64,000 nt of DNA from Leptolyngbyaceae cyanobacterium (GCA_965263355.1 CBDHHL010000032.1:2656001-2720000), one strand, 5' to 3'; shown: positions 28,673-39,550, counted from the stretch's first letter. The notes: generated by a model from the sequence alone, not told the origin. A program made the numbers and translations.

Positions 28673-29665
28673 TTACGGAGCGGGAGCACATTTTCCCCCC
28701 AAGCCGTCCACAATGGTGCAGGTGTTGTAGACTAACATCCCGGTATAACTCCCGCCAGGAGTACCTTCTGGCCCCAAACCATCCGCTAGTAAGACTTGTT
28801 CCGAGATGGAAACACCAGCTTCACCTGCTACCGTTTTTAAGACGCGATCATCCGCAGTGAGTTCTGCAAAAATAGTGGGAATTGCTTTGTCACGAATCGA
28901 TTTAGCTAAAGAGTTAACCTGGGCGGCAGTCGGTTCTTCTTCAGTTGAGACACCCAGCAATGTCCCCTCGACAGTTAAACCATAGGCCTGAGCGTAGTAT
29001 CCCAGCGCATCATGGGTAGTAATTAAGCGACGTTGGGATGCCGGAATGGTGAAAATTTGCTCTGGGATCCAGGTATCGAGGGCCTGTAGCTCAGCCGTCA
29101 GTTGATCCGCGTTTTGGGTGTACACCTCAGCATTGTCAGGATCAACGGCCACCAGGTTATCCCGAATCAAGGTGACCATAGCTAATCCGTTCTCGACGTC
29201 ATGCCAGATATGGGGATCAGGACTAACGTCACCCTCTTCTTCCACTTCAATCAGTTGCTGAACCGCTTGATCATGCAGGGCGACTTTTGGGGCCTCTGAT
29301 TCAGACGCTGTAGCCATGTCAATAATCGCAGGTTCAAAGTTCAGACCTGCATAAAGGACTAAATCAGCCGTGTCGATCGCCTCACGGTCAGAGGGTTTTG
29401 CCTGATAAGTATGGGGATCTTGATCGGAGGGAATTAAACAGTTCAGTTGTGTAACATCCGCAACAATTTGAGCGGTTATGTCGCAAATGACGCTATATGA
29501 CGCGACAACATCGATTGGAGAGTCCGCATCACTTGTGGCTGTTGCGGCCTGCGGTTGGCTGCTGTCTGAACTGTTGGGTGTTGAACTGGTACAACCCACA
29601 AGACCGATCAGGAGTGCGATCGCACCCGCTAAAATTCCGTGATTTTGTAAAAAATATCGCTGCAT
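28673..29665 (-). CDS. Mn/Zn ABC transporter substrate-binding lipoprotein (MntC/ZnuA family)
   Basis: LVGC lipobox, DPHTY, DPHIW, THDALGY. Confidence 0.93.
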   Translation of the reverse strand: MQRYFLQNHGILAGAIALLIGLVGCTSSTPNSSDSSQPQAATATSDADSPIDVVASYSVICDITAQIVADVTQLNCLIPSDQDPHTYQAKPSDREAIDTADLVLYAGLNFEPAIIDMATASESEAPKVALHDQAVQQLIEVEEEGDVSPDPHIWHDVENGLAMVTLIRDNLVAVDPDNAEVYTQNADQLTAELQALDTWIPEQIFTIPASQRRLITTHDALGYYAQAYGLTVEGTLLGVSTEEEPTAAQVNSLAKSIRDKAIPTIFAELTADDRVLKTVAGEAGVSISEQVLLADGLGPEGTPGGSYTGMLVYNTCTIVDGLGGKCAPAP

Positions 29666-30153
29666 TTATGGTTTCCCCATGACTGATTCCCTACAAAGAC
29701 CTGTCGAAAGCATTGGGGATAGATAACTGCCCCTTGCTAACGCCTCGTCAAGTCAGCTTAATGATTGTTAGAACTCACCTAAAAAGTTGATGAACTTTAA
29801 TATTCACGTTGCCTTTTTCGTGAGCCTTTATACGCTGAGACCGTTGATATTGCCCTAAACTCTTCCTGCGTTGAGACAGCGTTATTCAGAACGCAACAAC
29901 AAATTTAGAAGATTTACCTAGACATTTATATAACTAACCTATACACTGGTGTCAACCTTTAGATTTGCTTATTAGAGCTATTGCATTTAGGGCTCAGTCA
30001 CAGCATTCACACAGTTGTTCTTTCAAGTAAGTAGTCGAGTCACCCATTGCAAGATCATCACAATTTATCCCCTTTCGCTAAGGCGTGTTGCCTTCATGCA
30101 GCCTGGCCGGGAGATTGTTGCCTTGTTCTTGCCCCCGTCAGAGGTTTACGCCG

Positions 30154-30873
30154 ATGCTAGAAATTCAGAATTTGTCGATTGACTATCGAGGCACCCGTGC
30201 ACTCCATAATGTCAGCTTTTTTGTGCCTGCGGGTCAGCTGGTAGGCATTATTGGTCCCAATGGCGCAGGTAAGAGTACTCTAGTCGAAGCCATTTTGAAC
30301 TTGGTGCCTGTAACCCAAGGGGTGATTCGCTTTAAGGGCATGCCCCTGAAGCGTCAGCTGCTTAAAACGGCCTATGTACCCCAACGGTCTCATATCGATT
30401 GGGACTATCCGGTCACAGTCTGGAATGTGGTGATGATGGCTCAGACTGTTCAGGCTGGCCTCTTTCGCGGATTTAGTCATCAGGCGCGACATTTGGCCCG
30501 TGCTGCCCTTGAACGGGTGGGAATGTATGGACTGCGCAATCGTCCCATTGGTGAATTATCGGGAGGACAGCAACAGCGTGTTTTTCTGGCCCGAGCATTA
30601 GCAAAAGAAGCCGAGCTTTTAATTTTTGATGAGCCCTTTACGGCAATTGATCGCAAGACCGAAGACATTATTTTTGATATCTTTCAGGAGCTTCGGGCCG
30701 AGGGCAAAACGTTACTGGTGATTAACCACGATTTGGGTGATTCGTTGGCGATTTATGATCAGCTGCTCCTGCTCAACAAACGTTTGATTGCCCAAGGGAC
30801 ACGTCATGAAGTTGTCACTTCCGGTAATTTGGAACGGGCTTACGGTCGGGGGCTGACCAGAGTCTTTGCTTAA
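30154..30873 (+). CDS. Mn/Zn ABC transporter ATP-binding protein
   Basis: [32 protein letters not shown] 30154 preferred. Confidence 0.92.
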   Translation: MLEIQNLSIDYRGTRALHNVSFFVPAGQLVGIIGPNGAGKSTLVEAILNLVPVTQGVIRFKGMPLKRQLLKTAYVPQRSHIDWDYPVTVWNVVMMAQTVQAGLFRGFSHQARHLARAALERVGMYGLRNRPIGELSGGQQQRVFLARALAKEAELLIFDEPFTAIDRKTEDIIFDIFQELRAEGKTLLVINHDLGDSLAIYDQLLLLNKRLIAQGTRHEVVTSGNLERAYGRGLTRVFA

Positions 30874-30919
30874 AACACGCCAAAGTTGCAACTTAGGATC
30901 AGAGGTTTCATACTGTTCC

Positions 30920-31062
30920 AGTTAATACTGTGTCAGTTTCTCTCCTCTCGGGAGGGAAGCCGTAGGCGGAATGGGTTCGATCACTTGCGCTAACAGCCAA
31001 CCCACCCCGCTGCCCCTCCCAGGAAGGGAAAGGTTATCCCGTTTGCCTCAAACAAAATTAAG
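30920..31062 (-). repeat. REP-like repeat family R2
   Basis: Reverse complement aligns with 38470-38612 over ~140 bp (GGATAACCTTTCCC.TCCTGGGAGGGGCAGCGGGGTGGGTTGG). Confidence 0.85.
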
Positions 31063-31078
31063 GACACAAAAACGCCCC

Positions 31079-31963
31079 ATGCTGGATTGGATCATTGAGC
31101 CATTGTCATTAACCTTTATGCAACGTGCGCTAATGTTGGGTATTTTGCTCGGCATTCTCTGTGCGATCGTCGGCAGCTACATGATTGTGCAACAGATGGG
31201 GATGCTGGCCCATGCCATTTCTCATTCGGTGATGGCCGGGTTGCCGATTGCTTACTTGGTTGGCGTCGCCTTATCGTTTGGGGCTTTGATCGCAGGGGTG
31301 ATCAGTGCCTTGGTGCTCTATTTGATCGAGTCGCGATCGCGTGTGAAAACGGATGCAGCCATGGCTTTAATTTTGACCTCATTTGTCGCCATTGGGGTTA
31401 CCTTAGTCAGTGTCATACCAGGTGCGAATCGCATTGATTTATTGCATGTCCTGTTCGGTAATATTCTTGGGGTGACCATGAAAGAAGTGTGGTGGACCCT
31501 TGCCGTAACAGTAATCGGCATCACCTTAATGAGGTTGTTTTTCAAAGAACTTTTGTTTTACACCTTTGATCCGAAAGGGGCGCAGGCCAGCGGTATGCCC
31601 GTGCATTGGTACAATGCATCGCTAATTATTGCAATGACTGTGACAATTGTTGTGTGTTTACCCACGGTGGGGGCGCTTTTGGTTGTTGCTTTACTGGTGG
31701 CACCTGCTGTGACCGCCTATTTACTCGTCAAAGAGTTACACCAGATGATGTGGGTTGGTTCGGTCATTGGAGCGCTTTCCAGCGTGATTGGCATGTACCT
31801 GAGCTATTACTTAGATGCGCCGTCCGGAGCAACGATTGTGCTCGTGGCCTTCTGCTTTTTCTGTTTAGCGTTCTTTTTGAGTCCGTCCGAGGGGTTATTG
31901 ATTAGTCTTTGGCGGCAACGTGCGCGATCTAAACTTACCGATGCAGATAAAGCAGTAACATAA
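31079..31963 (+). CDS. Mn/Zn ABC transporter permease
   Basis: AISHSVMAG, LFGNILGV, FFKELL..TFDP, PSGATIVL; ATG 31079, since the upstream extension is repeat-derived. Confidence 0.92.
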   Translation: MLDWIIEPLSLTFMQRALMLGILLGILCAIVGSYMIVQQMGMLAHAISHSVMAGLPIAYLVGVALSFGALIAGVISALVLYLIESRSRVKTDAAMALILTSFVAIGVTLVSVIPGANRIDLLHVLFGNILGVTMKEVWWTLAVTVIGITLMRLFFKELLFYTFDPKGAQASGMPVHWYNASLIIAMTVTIVVCLPTVGALLVVALLVAPAVTAYLLVKELHQMMWVGSVIGALSSVIGMYLSYYLDAPSGATIVLVAFCFFCLAFFLSPSEGLLISLWRQRARSKLTDADKAVT

Positions 31964-31972
31964 AGCCTACTT

Positions 31973-34900
31973 TTAATCTATGTCCTTTGGTAAGTTAGGA
32001 CATGTTTGATCATAATCTTCACCTCCAAAGAACTGTTTCCATTCTTGAGTCGTGAGATTACGGGTTAATCGCTTACAGGTTTCTTCAATTAAATCGTCAA
32101 TCACAAATGACAGAACTTGAGCCGTATTGCCACTTTGGGTTAACACTTTGCTGCCATCAGGACTCAAGTTGACACTATCTACCACATCATTATGGGGAAT
32201 GCGCGCAATCTCCAATATTTGCTGCCGTTCCCATGCTTCGACTGCCTGGTTAGGATCCCATTCTTCGGCTGCCGTTAAATCCCAGACTCTTGCTGTTTTA
32301 TCTATACTGGCAGTGGCTAAATAATGGCCATCATTACCAAGGCTTACATCCGTCACCTCATCATCATGAACAATGGGGCTTAACTCTTCGCCTTTTTTGA
32401 AATCCCAGACCCTTGCCGTTTTATCTGAGCTTCCAGTCACCAGGTAACGACTATCGTTACTAAAGTCTACATCATTAACCTCTCCCTCATGGACAATGCG
32501 AAGAGCTTCCTGATTTTTCTTCAGGTTCCATACTCGGGCAATATTATCCTTGCTTGCGGTGGCTAGATAGATACCATCATTACTAAAGCTTATATCTGTA
32601 ACTTTTCCCTCATGAATAATATTAGCCACTTCCTTATTTTTCTCAATGTCCCATACTCTTGCAATATTGTCCTTGCTGCTAGTCGCAACATAACGACCAT
32701 TGTTGCTAAGTCTTATATCAACAACGTCTGAATCAAGAGTGATGCTAGAAATCTCCCTTTCTTTCTGCCAATCCCAGATTCTTACGATATTATCTGAGCT
32801 ACTGGTAGCAAGATAGCGGTTATCCTGACTAAATGTCACATTGCTTACCGGTTGTTTATGGTTAAGCTGAATGACTTGTTTGTCCTGTAAGTTCAAAATT
32901 CTAGCGATATTATCGCGACTGGCAGTTGCCAAATAAAGATTATTCGAACTGAAGTCCACGTCCTCAACATCATTGCCATGGATAATGCGAGTAATCTCCT
33001 GATTATTTTCCAGATCCCACACCCTTGTCGTATCGTCATTACTGCCAGTAGCGATATAACGACCATCTGGGCTAAAGCTTACGTCCTCTAGTTGCCCATT
33101 GTGGACAATGCTTGCCACCTGCGGTTGCGATCGCAAATCCCATACCCTCGCCGTATTATCCAGACTTCCTGTCGCAATATAACGACCATCAGCGCTAAAG
33201 CTAACATCGATAATGGCCTGTTCATGCGTGATCCGGGCAACCTCCTGATTGTTGACCAAGTCCCAGACTTTTGCCATCTTGTCACTACTGCCAGTGGCCA
33301 GATAGCGACCATCGGGACTAAAGCTAAAGTCCTCCACATTTCCTGTATGGGCAATGCGGGCCGCTTCTTTATTCTTTTGGAGGTCCCAAACCCGCATACT
33401 TTTAGTATCATCACTGCGGGTCGCAAGGTAACGATTGTTGGGACCAAACTTAAGGTCTAGGATCTTATTATCATGAACAATGCTACCCACCTTTTTTCTC
33501 TGTTTCAAATCCCAAATAATCGCCGTATTATCTTGGCCGATTGTCGCCAGGTAGAGACCATCAGCGCTAAAGCTAGCCCCTTCTACCGACCCCCGATGGC
33601 TAATGCTTTCACGATTATTTTGTAGATCCCACACCCTAAAAGTATCGTTAGTCTTACGGTTAGCAACATAGGGGCTATTGGGACTAAATCGAATGTCTGC
33701 CACATTACCCACATGGCTAATTACGGAATGACGACTCTCTGTCAGGGCCTGCACCCTGATTTCTCTATTATTGATGCGATAGGCAAAAAAACGATCATTC
33801 GGACTGAACCGCACATCGTAAGCAGCCCCCTGATATGTAATACTACGCTGTGATTGTTTGTTATTTAAGTTCCATAGGGTCACTTTATTGCCCCGGCTCA
33901 AGATGGCAAGATACTGGTTATTGGGGCTAAAGATAATCTTTTCAACATTTTCAAACACTTCGATCTGTTGCTTATTCTGCAAATCCCAAAGTGTCGCATT
34001 CTTACTCTCACTGAGAGTAGCCAGATATCGACCATTGGGGCTAAAACTCAGTTCTTTCAAATTCTCCGCAGGATTAAAGTATTTGGTTTCTTGGCTGACC
34101 TGAAGGTCCCACAATACTGGGCCATTATCACGACTACGGCTAACAAAATAGTTGCTTTCACTGTTAACAGCGGGACTAAAGCTTATTTCTTCAGCATTAT
34201 GGCTTTGGAGTAACCTATTTTCCTGCAAGTCCCATAACATTGCGCTATTGTCATTACTGCGGGTAGCCAGATAGCGCCCACCAGGACTAAAGATAATCTC
34301 TTCAGCCGCTCCCTCATGGTTGATAACAGACGTTTGAGGCGGCAACAATGGTAAACTCTTGTATAACTCATGGCTGGCCTCGCCAGTCGAGGCTTGGTTA
34401 GCTTCCAATCCCTTCATAGCAGCCGTTGTCAACAGAATTCCCTTATCTAAGTCTTGTTGCTTAAACTGTCTAGAGCGGTTAATTACCTGCTGATATTTTG
34501 CTACAGCCGTCAGTTTCAAAACTTCGCCTGTAGCAGCTTCTGCCCTTTGCCGAGCAGCCTCTGCGTCGCGACGAGCACTCTCTGCCCTACCATACAGGTA
34601 AAATGCTAAACTTCCAGCGCCAACAGCCAGAAATAACAGAGTGCCTAATATGCCAATAATCACTCGTTGTCGAGCATTGGTTGCTCTGCGGGCGGCTACC
34701 GAAGCAGATACATACTCTATTTGAACCTGGGTAGGCTTAGGTTCCTTGCCAGCACTTGCCTGAATTAACCATTGTTCTGCCTCTTCTAGGGCACGTCCTC
34801 GCAGTAACAAGCTACTATCTCTATCACTTTTGTTCCACTCTATTGAACGGGTAAGGAGTGTAGTATGATCTTTCCAATACTCTAAATCAAGATCAATACT

Positions 34901-35275
34901 TTTTACGAGATTTTCAAAGTTAGCCTCAAGGTCATCCTTTTCTTGAAAATGGATCCAGTTTAATTTCTTTAATGCCGGATGCACATCTTTTGATCGCACA
35001 TCACGCCGTATAATGGGGATTAACCGTTTGTTGTGTTTGACAGCATGGTCAATTTCTTTCCGACATACTCTAGAGGCAACTGAGTCGGGGCTCAAAATAA
35101 AGACAAAGGTATGGGCCGCCTCAATTCCAGATTCTATCTCTTGCCACCAGTCCGCTGTCGGTGGAATATTTTGCCAATCTACCCAGGTGTCATACTTGCT
35201 CTGGGCTAATGCATCATCAAGAATGCGGACAAATTCTGTATCTTTTCGAGAGTAAGAGATGAATAAGTCAGCCAT
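31973..35275 (-). CDS. TIR domain - TM - WD40 repeat protein
   Basis: DLFISYSRKD..WVDW..LSPDSV.S.VC..E; one TM; many H...V.DVSFS.DG.YLAT.S.D.TARVWD repeats. Confidence 0.95.
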   Translation of the reverse strand: MADLFISYSRKDTEFVRILDDALAQSKYDTWVDWQNIPPTADWWQEIESGIEAAHTFVFILSPDSVASRVCRKEIDHAVKHNKRLIPIIRRDVRSKDVHPALKKLNWIHFQEKDDLEANFENLVKSIDLDLEYWKDHTTLLTRSIEWNKSDRDSSLLLRGRALEEAEQWLIQASAGKEPKPTQVQIEYVSASVAARRATNARQRVIIGILGTLLFLAVGAGSLAFYLYGRAESARRDAEAARQRAEAATGEVLKLTAVAKYQQVINRSRQFKQQDLDKGILLTTAAMKGLEANQASTGEASHELYKSLPLLPPQTSVINHEGAAEEIIFSPGGRYLATRSNDNSAMLWDLQENRLLQSHNAEEISFSPAVNSESNYFVSRSRDNGPVLWDLQVSQETKYFNPAENLKELSFSPNGRYLATLSESKNATLWDLQNKQQIEVFENVEKIIFSPNNQYLAILSRGNKVTLWNLNNKQSQRSITYQGAAYDVRFSPNDRFFAYRINNREIRVQALTESRHSVISHVGNVADIRFSPNSPYVANRKTNDTFRVWDLQNNRESISHRGSVEGASFSADGLYLATIGQDNTAIIWDLKQRKKVGSIVHDNKILDLKFGPNNRYLATRSDDTKSMRVWDLQKNKEAARIAHTGNVEDFSFSPDGRYLATGSSDKMAKVWDLVNNQEVARITHEQAIIDVSFSADGRYIATGSLDNTARVWDLRSQPQVASIVHNGQLEDVSFSPDGRYIATGSNDDTTRVWDLENNQEITRIIHGNDVEDVDFSSNNLYLATASRDNIARILNLQDKQVIQLNHKQPVSNVTFSQDNRYLATSSSDNIVRIWDWQKEREISSITLDSDVVDIRLSNNGRYVATSSKDNIARVWDIEKNKEVANIIHEGKVTDISFSNDGIYLATASKDNIARVWNLKKNQEALRIVHEGEVNDVDFSNDSRYLVTGSSDKTARVWDFKKGEELSPIVHDDEVTDVSLGNDGHYLATASIDKTARVWDLTAAEEWDPNQAVEAWERQQILEIARIPHNDVVDSVNLSPDGSKVLTQSGNTAQVLSFVIDDLIEETCKRLTRNLTTQEWKQFFGGEDYDQTCPNLPKDID

Positions 35276-35600
35276 TACTACTAAAAATATATAAAAGGTA
35301 GCCTGGTTTCGTAACTGGTCAGGAGCTGGAAGGCCATACAGTCAACGGAACCACATTAATTTATCCACCTTTTCTGGCTAAAGTTACGGAATTGGCTAGA
35401 TATGGTGAACAAAACCACTAGATAAGGTGCATAAAATCGCTAGACGAGTTATACAAAACTGTAAGCTTAGTGATCCCAAATAGGAAAAACCTTGCTGTGG
35501 CCTTTAGTCCTGATGAGAAAATCGTATCAGTAGACTGTGACGGTTGGATTCTGCATGTATGAACATTTTAGTTTTTGAGGGGTCAGCCCCCCCATCAGGG

Positions 35601-35733
35601 TTACGGTGTATACATAAGTCAGAGAGAATGGCTAAAACTCTTAAGATTGAATGGTTTTCAAATAGCCTGCCAAGGGGAACCGCTGCTTGTCATGCTCAAT
35701 GCTAAGAATCTTCCAGTTGTGTATACACGGTAG
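35601..35733. mobile_element. MITE, 133 bp, with 10-bp target duplication (resembles Nezha-type IS4-derived MITEs)
   Basis: TIRs TTACGGTGTATACATAA ... TTGTGTATACACGGTAG; CCCATCAGGG at 35591-35600 and 35734-35743. Confidence 0.85.
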
Positions 35734-36365
35734 CCCATCAGGGTTAACACATTAATTTTGCATAAAATATACTTGACAAAATTCCAAGGCTTCGATCTTC
35801 CCTCATTTGCGTTGAGTTTATCCTTTATCATTGGAAGCAAAGCAGGCGTAGTTATCAACTTTTTGGGCACTACCCCATGGCATTCCGTCCAATGTTACGA
35901 GGCTCTAAAGCTGGACAAATGAGCCTCAACCTGACTCCATAGTGTGAGTGCTCGGGCCTTAGAGCATCACTTATGTGTTAGCTCAGTACTTTGGGGCCTA
36001 AATATGAAAAGCCTGAGACCCACCCATAGGAGTATGAGCGAATCTCAGGCCACTACCCATCGCCATTGATGCGATGGGAGCCCAAACGACGATTGTAGAA
36101 CAAATTATGTAGGGGAATGGAGACTATAGTTTTAATGCTTGAAGCCAACTAAGAGAGTCTTTGGAAGGGAGTCAAAGGTTTCTTGCAAATGCGATAGCCA
36201 ATGACTGGTAGGACATTTAGTAGTATTATAAGCGTCGCAAATCTACCCAATAGACAGCGGTGAAAGCGACTAAAGACTATTATGATAGTGCGTCGTAAAT
36301 GGATTTTTCAGAATAAAGAAAAAGAGATTTGTTTCTACTTGAGTGCACCCGGAATTACATTGCAT

Positions 36366-37130
36366 TTAACATTTCTTCTTGAGTACATAGATGAGATTAT
36401 TGTAGCGAGGCTCTAGCTTGCCAAATGAGAGTACGTATACAGTGTTAACAATCGATCGTATTAGCAGTGCTTTGAACCCAGAACTTTGTTCAATGTAAGT
36501 GTTAGAAGCGTACTCAGCTTCTATAAAAAAGTTATTGGCCTGGCAAAACTCCTGAATTCCTGCTCTAGAAACAACTGACGCATGGTAGGTAGGATAAGGT
36601 CCAAACCCCTTTTCCCCAGCATTCTTATTGTTCCATGGCGCAAGATAGCGTTGATACAAGACATGAATCCAATGAGGTGTAATCTGAGTTAAAAAGCCAT
36701 AGACAGAATTCCTATCAGGAAATAGTAGAATCAATAGACCTTCTGCTTTAAGCCATTGTGAAAATTTCTTCAAAACTAAATCTGCTTCTTTAATATGTTC
36801 AAGCACATAGGCGTTAAAGATCACATCGTAAGTGTTGCTATCTAGCTGAACCGTACATAAATCACCGACGATCGCTTCATCCAGATCTTTGATCTTATTC
36901 TTACGAAAGTCTAGGGCGTGGGCATCCAGATCAACGCCGGTTAATTTGTATTGCACAGGACCCAAATCTAGCGTCCATTCTCTTCCACATCCAGCTTCTA
37001 GAATACTTAAGCTCTTTTGGAAGTCGTCTGCTGCTGCTTTCCGTTGAATATGCTGCTCGGCGACATTTCTGATTTGGGTCGTGTTTGTTAATATACGAGT
37101 CTCTTCTATTTTCTCACTTGTTAAGACCAT
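36366..37130 (-). CDS. Class I SAM-dependent methyltransferase
   Basis: ILEAGCG, GVDLD, YDVI...YVLEHI, LKAEG; ATG 37130 preferred over 37184. Confidence 0.88.
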   Translation of the reverse strand: MVLTSEKIEETRILTNTTQIRNVAEQHIQRKAAADDFQKSLSILEAGCGREWTLDLGPVQYKLTGVDLDAHALDFRKNKIKDLDEAIVGDLCTVQLDSNTYDVIFNAYVLEHIKEADLVLKKFSQWLKAEGLLILLFPDRNSVYGFLTQITPHWIHVLYQRYLAPWNNKNAGEKGFGPYPTYHASVVSRAGIQEFCQANNFFIEAEYASNTYIEQSSGFKALLIRSIVNTVYVLSFGKLEPRYNNLIYVLKKKC

Positions 37131-37219
37131 GTTTCCTCTATTGTTTCCTCTATTTCTATAAAAATTAAATCTATCTAGTCCCAATAATTAAAATCTACAG
37201 GAAAGCGATTAAGGCAATG

Positions 37220-37260
37220 AGACCACTTTTTAGACCACTTTTTAGACCACTTTTAGACCA
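37220..37260 (+). repeat. Short tandem repeat (AGACCACTTTTT) x ~3.5
   Basis: Read directly from the sequence. Confidence 0.85.
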
Positions 37261-37546
37261 ATTCTTCCTTAGGAATGAGGATTTTCTAGTATCTATCTCC
37301 CCGTATACTACCTAGATGAACCGGAGATTTAAGGAACAAATCTGAGTCGACCCAAAATTGTGAAATTGCTAAAGACAGAAAGGATGACGGTGAGTGCGAC
37401 GGTGGTTTAGAGCTTAACCTCTGTCCAGTTTTTTGGGACCACTGTAGTGGACAAGGTTTATATAAAATAGAATTGACCTTAAACTGCTGATCTGTGGTAC
37501 CTAGAGGTAAGCGGTTTATCTAAGCCACACTGAAGTCTGATTTTTT

Positions 37547-38428
37547 GTGGAGGTTTCCATGACAGCGATCGCAACTCAACTCAACGGTTCTGTCGCCACC
37601 TATTCCTGGCAGTGGCAAGGCCAGACAATTACTGTCACCTATGAAACCCTGGGCAACGGTCAGCCAGTGTTGCTATTACCTGCTTTCAGTACGGTTTCCA
37701 GCCGCACAGAGTTATCTAACCTAGCTAACCAATTGGCATCACAGTATCAGGTGACGGTAGTAGACTGGCCTGGATTTGGCGACTCCGACCGGTTGCGATT
37801 GGTCTATGAACCTGCACTGTATCGACAGTTTTTGGACGATTTTGTCAAGGCAAATTTTTCTGAGCCCATTGCGGTGGTTGCAGCGGGTCATGCGTCGGGC
37901 TATGTTTTAGCGATGCCGGAGGCTTGGTCAAAAATAGTATTGGTTGCGCCCACCTGGAAAGGTCCCCTGGCGGTGATGGGCGCACCTGAAACAATGCGCA
38001 GTGGGGTGAGGGGGTTGGTGCGATCGCACCTCCTTGGTCCTCTGCTCTACTGGCTCAATACCCGTCCAGCCTTTCTTAAATGGATGTATCGCCGCCATGT
38101 GTTTGTAGATGAGGCCAAGCTAACGCCAGACTACATTGCCCAGCGTCATCAGGGAACTCAACAAGATGGTGCCCGCTATGCTCCTGCGGCCTTTGTTACC
38201 GGCGGTCTTGATCCAGTTAAAACTAGAGACGAGTTTTTGGCCTATTTTGACTCACTGACAATACCGATGATGGTCATTGTAGGAGAACAAGCGCCTCCTA
38301 GTTCTAAAGCAGAAATGGAGGCCTTGGTAGCATTACCCCAGGTGCAGGCCATACGTTTACCAGGCACCTTAGGCATGGCTGAAGAATATGGAGATGCTGT
38401 GGCTGAAGCCGTGCTGCCATTTTTATAA
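37547..38428 (+). CDS. Alpha/beta hydrolase fold protein
   Basis: LLLPAFSTVSSR.E, DWPGFGDS, VAAGHASGY; canonical nucleophile Ser not evident. Confidence 0.88.
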   Translation: MEVSMTAIATQLNGSVATYSWQWQGQTITVTYETLGNGQPVLLLPAFSTVSSRTELSNLANQLASQYQVTVVDWPGFGDSDRLRLVYEPALYRQFLDDFVKANFSEPIAVVAAGHASGYVLAMPEAWSKIVLVAPTWKGPLAVMGAPETMRSGVRGLVRSHLLGPLLYWLNTRPAFLKWMYRRHVFVDEAKLTPDYIAQRHQGTQQDGARYAPAAFVTGGLDPVKTRDEFLAYFDSLTIPMMVIVGEQAPPSSKAEMEALVALPQVQAIRLPGTLGMAEEYGDAVAEAVLPFL

Positions 38429-38469
38429 ACCGGGTCAGACTAAGGGCTAAGGGTTTAATAACTTCTTCC

Positions 38470-38612
38470 ATAATTTTGCTTAAGGCAAAGCAGGATAACC
38501 TTTCCCCTCCTGGGAGGGGCAGCGGGGTGGGTTGGCCGTTAGCGCAAGTGGTCGACACCCACCCCGCCTACGGCACCCCTCCCAGGAGGGGAAGAATTGG
38601 CACATTATTAAA
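38470..38612 (+). repeat. REP-like repeat family R2
   Basis: Two CCCCTCC(T/C)(G/A)GGAGGGG palindromes flanking a spacer; homologous to 30920-31062 (rc) and 9601-9685. Confidence 0.85.
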
Positions 38613-38711
38613 TTCTCAATTCCAAGGAGCTGTTACGAAACACTTTCATAGTTTGGGCAGTTGGCCATCGCAACATCAGCTACGTGGCTTCTCTTGAGGA
38701 GGATTGCCCAC

Positions 38712-38878
38712 TCAACCATCTTTGGCAATTTTCTCAATTGCCTTAGCGATGTCGGACCAGGCCTGGTCGCGATCGCCATTGTCCTGATTGAAGGTAATAA
38801 CGAGTTTATCGTCTTTGGGCAAAGCGTTTAATTTTGCCAACATGGGTTCACTTGTCCACAGACAGGGACGCAGGCACT
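38712..38878 (-). pseudogene. C-terminal remnant of a TIR-like domain
   Basis: LRPCLW...LAKLNALPKDDK.V..F...RDQAWSDIAKAI resembles the end of bacterial TIR_2 domains. Confidence 0.55.
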
Positions 38879-39303
38879 GGTTCCGTGCAGTGGGAGGGCT
38901 CCCCTGGGCAGCAGGATCTAGGGGAGCCCTCCCTCCCTTGGCGAAAAACGCCACATGATAGCCCCTCACTAATGCTAGGCGAGAGCGCAGCCCCCCCGAT
39001 TGGTCCAGGCAGGATATGGCCAAAATAATTGGTAGATTCCATGGCAGACACACTAACCATCTTGATCGATCTCACCAACGCTGATGCTGTTGACCGTACG
39101 CCCTCCCAACAGAGAAACGCCATCGCGTAAAATCACTTAATTTTTTTTGCGTACTAACACTCGCTTTAACTTATTCGGCAATTTGCTCTATTTCCACACC
39201 TGAACTTCACACACGAAATCCACAATTTCCTGGGTGATTTTGCAGTTATTCATTGCCTTAATAGAACCAGGCAAGCGATTAGATTCAGTGAGTCTAGTGA
39301 TTA

Positions 39304-39447
39304 CACGACTTGGAAGGTTATCACGAAAGAAAATTTGAAACGGCGCAACCACGTTCAGCGATAGCAAAAATCTGATGATTTCGATTTTTCAGAACCATTG
39401 AAAATAAAGGCTTTTATTTTTCTCTGCTCGTAACCTTCCAAGTCGTG
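39304..39447. mobile_element. MITE, 144 bp, with empty site preserved in the duplicate unit
   Basis: Perfect 17-bp TIR CACGACTTGGAAGGTTA / TAACCTTCCAAGTCGTG; TGATTA on both sides; single TGATTA at 40275-40280. Confidence 0.92.
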
Positions 39448-39550
39448 TGATTAAGTTATTGCTTGAAGCAATAATGTGTTGCCTAACGTTCGTTCGCTAG
39501 CCCATTAGGGACATACATTCATTTTTCCGTCACTTATCAGGTTTTCTTCC

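Noticed and set aside
30020..30120. Possible yybP-ykoY Mn riboswitch before the ABC ATPase
   Set aside because: Only loose AAGTAG, TCATCAC and GAGA words; I could not build the four-way junction; needs an Rfam scan
35320..35563. Plus-strand WD40-like scraps (LEGH, AVAFSPDEKIVS)
   Set aside because: Very short and interrupted; at most a decayed remnant
37220..37260. AGACCACTTTTT repeats as a possible CRISPR array
   Set aside because: 12-bp units in direct tandem with no spacers and no cas genes in the window
37410..37465. IS3-like terminal sequence (CTGTCCAGTTTTTTGGGACCACT)
   Set aside because: No partner end, target duplication or transposase found
38304..38697. ORFs 38304..38558 and 38476..38697, and the N-terminal extension of 30971..31963
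   Set aside because: They are translations of the R2 repeat (shared TCAN.QPTPLPLPG.ERLS), not genes
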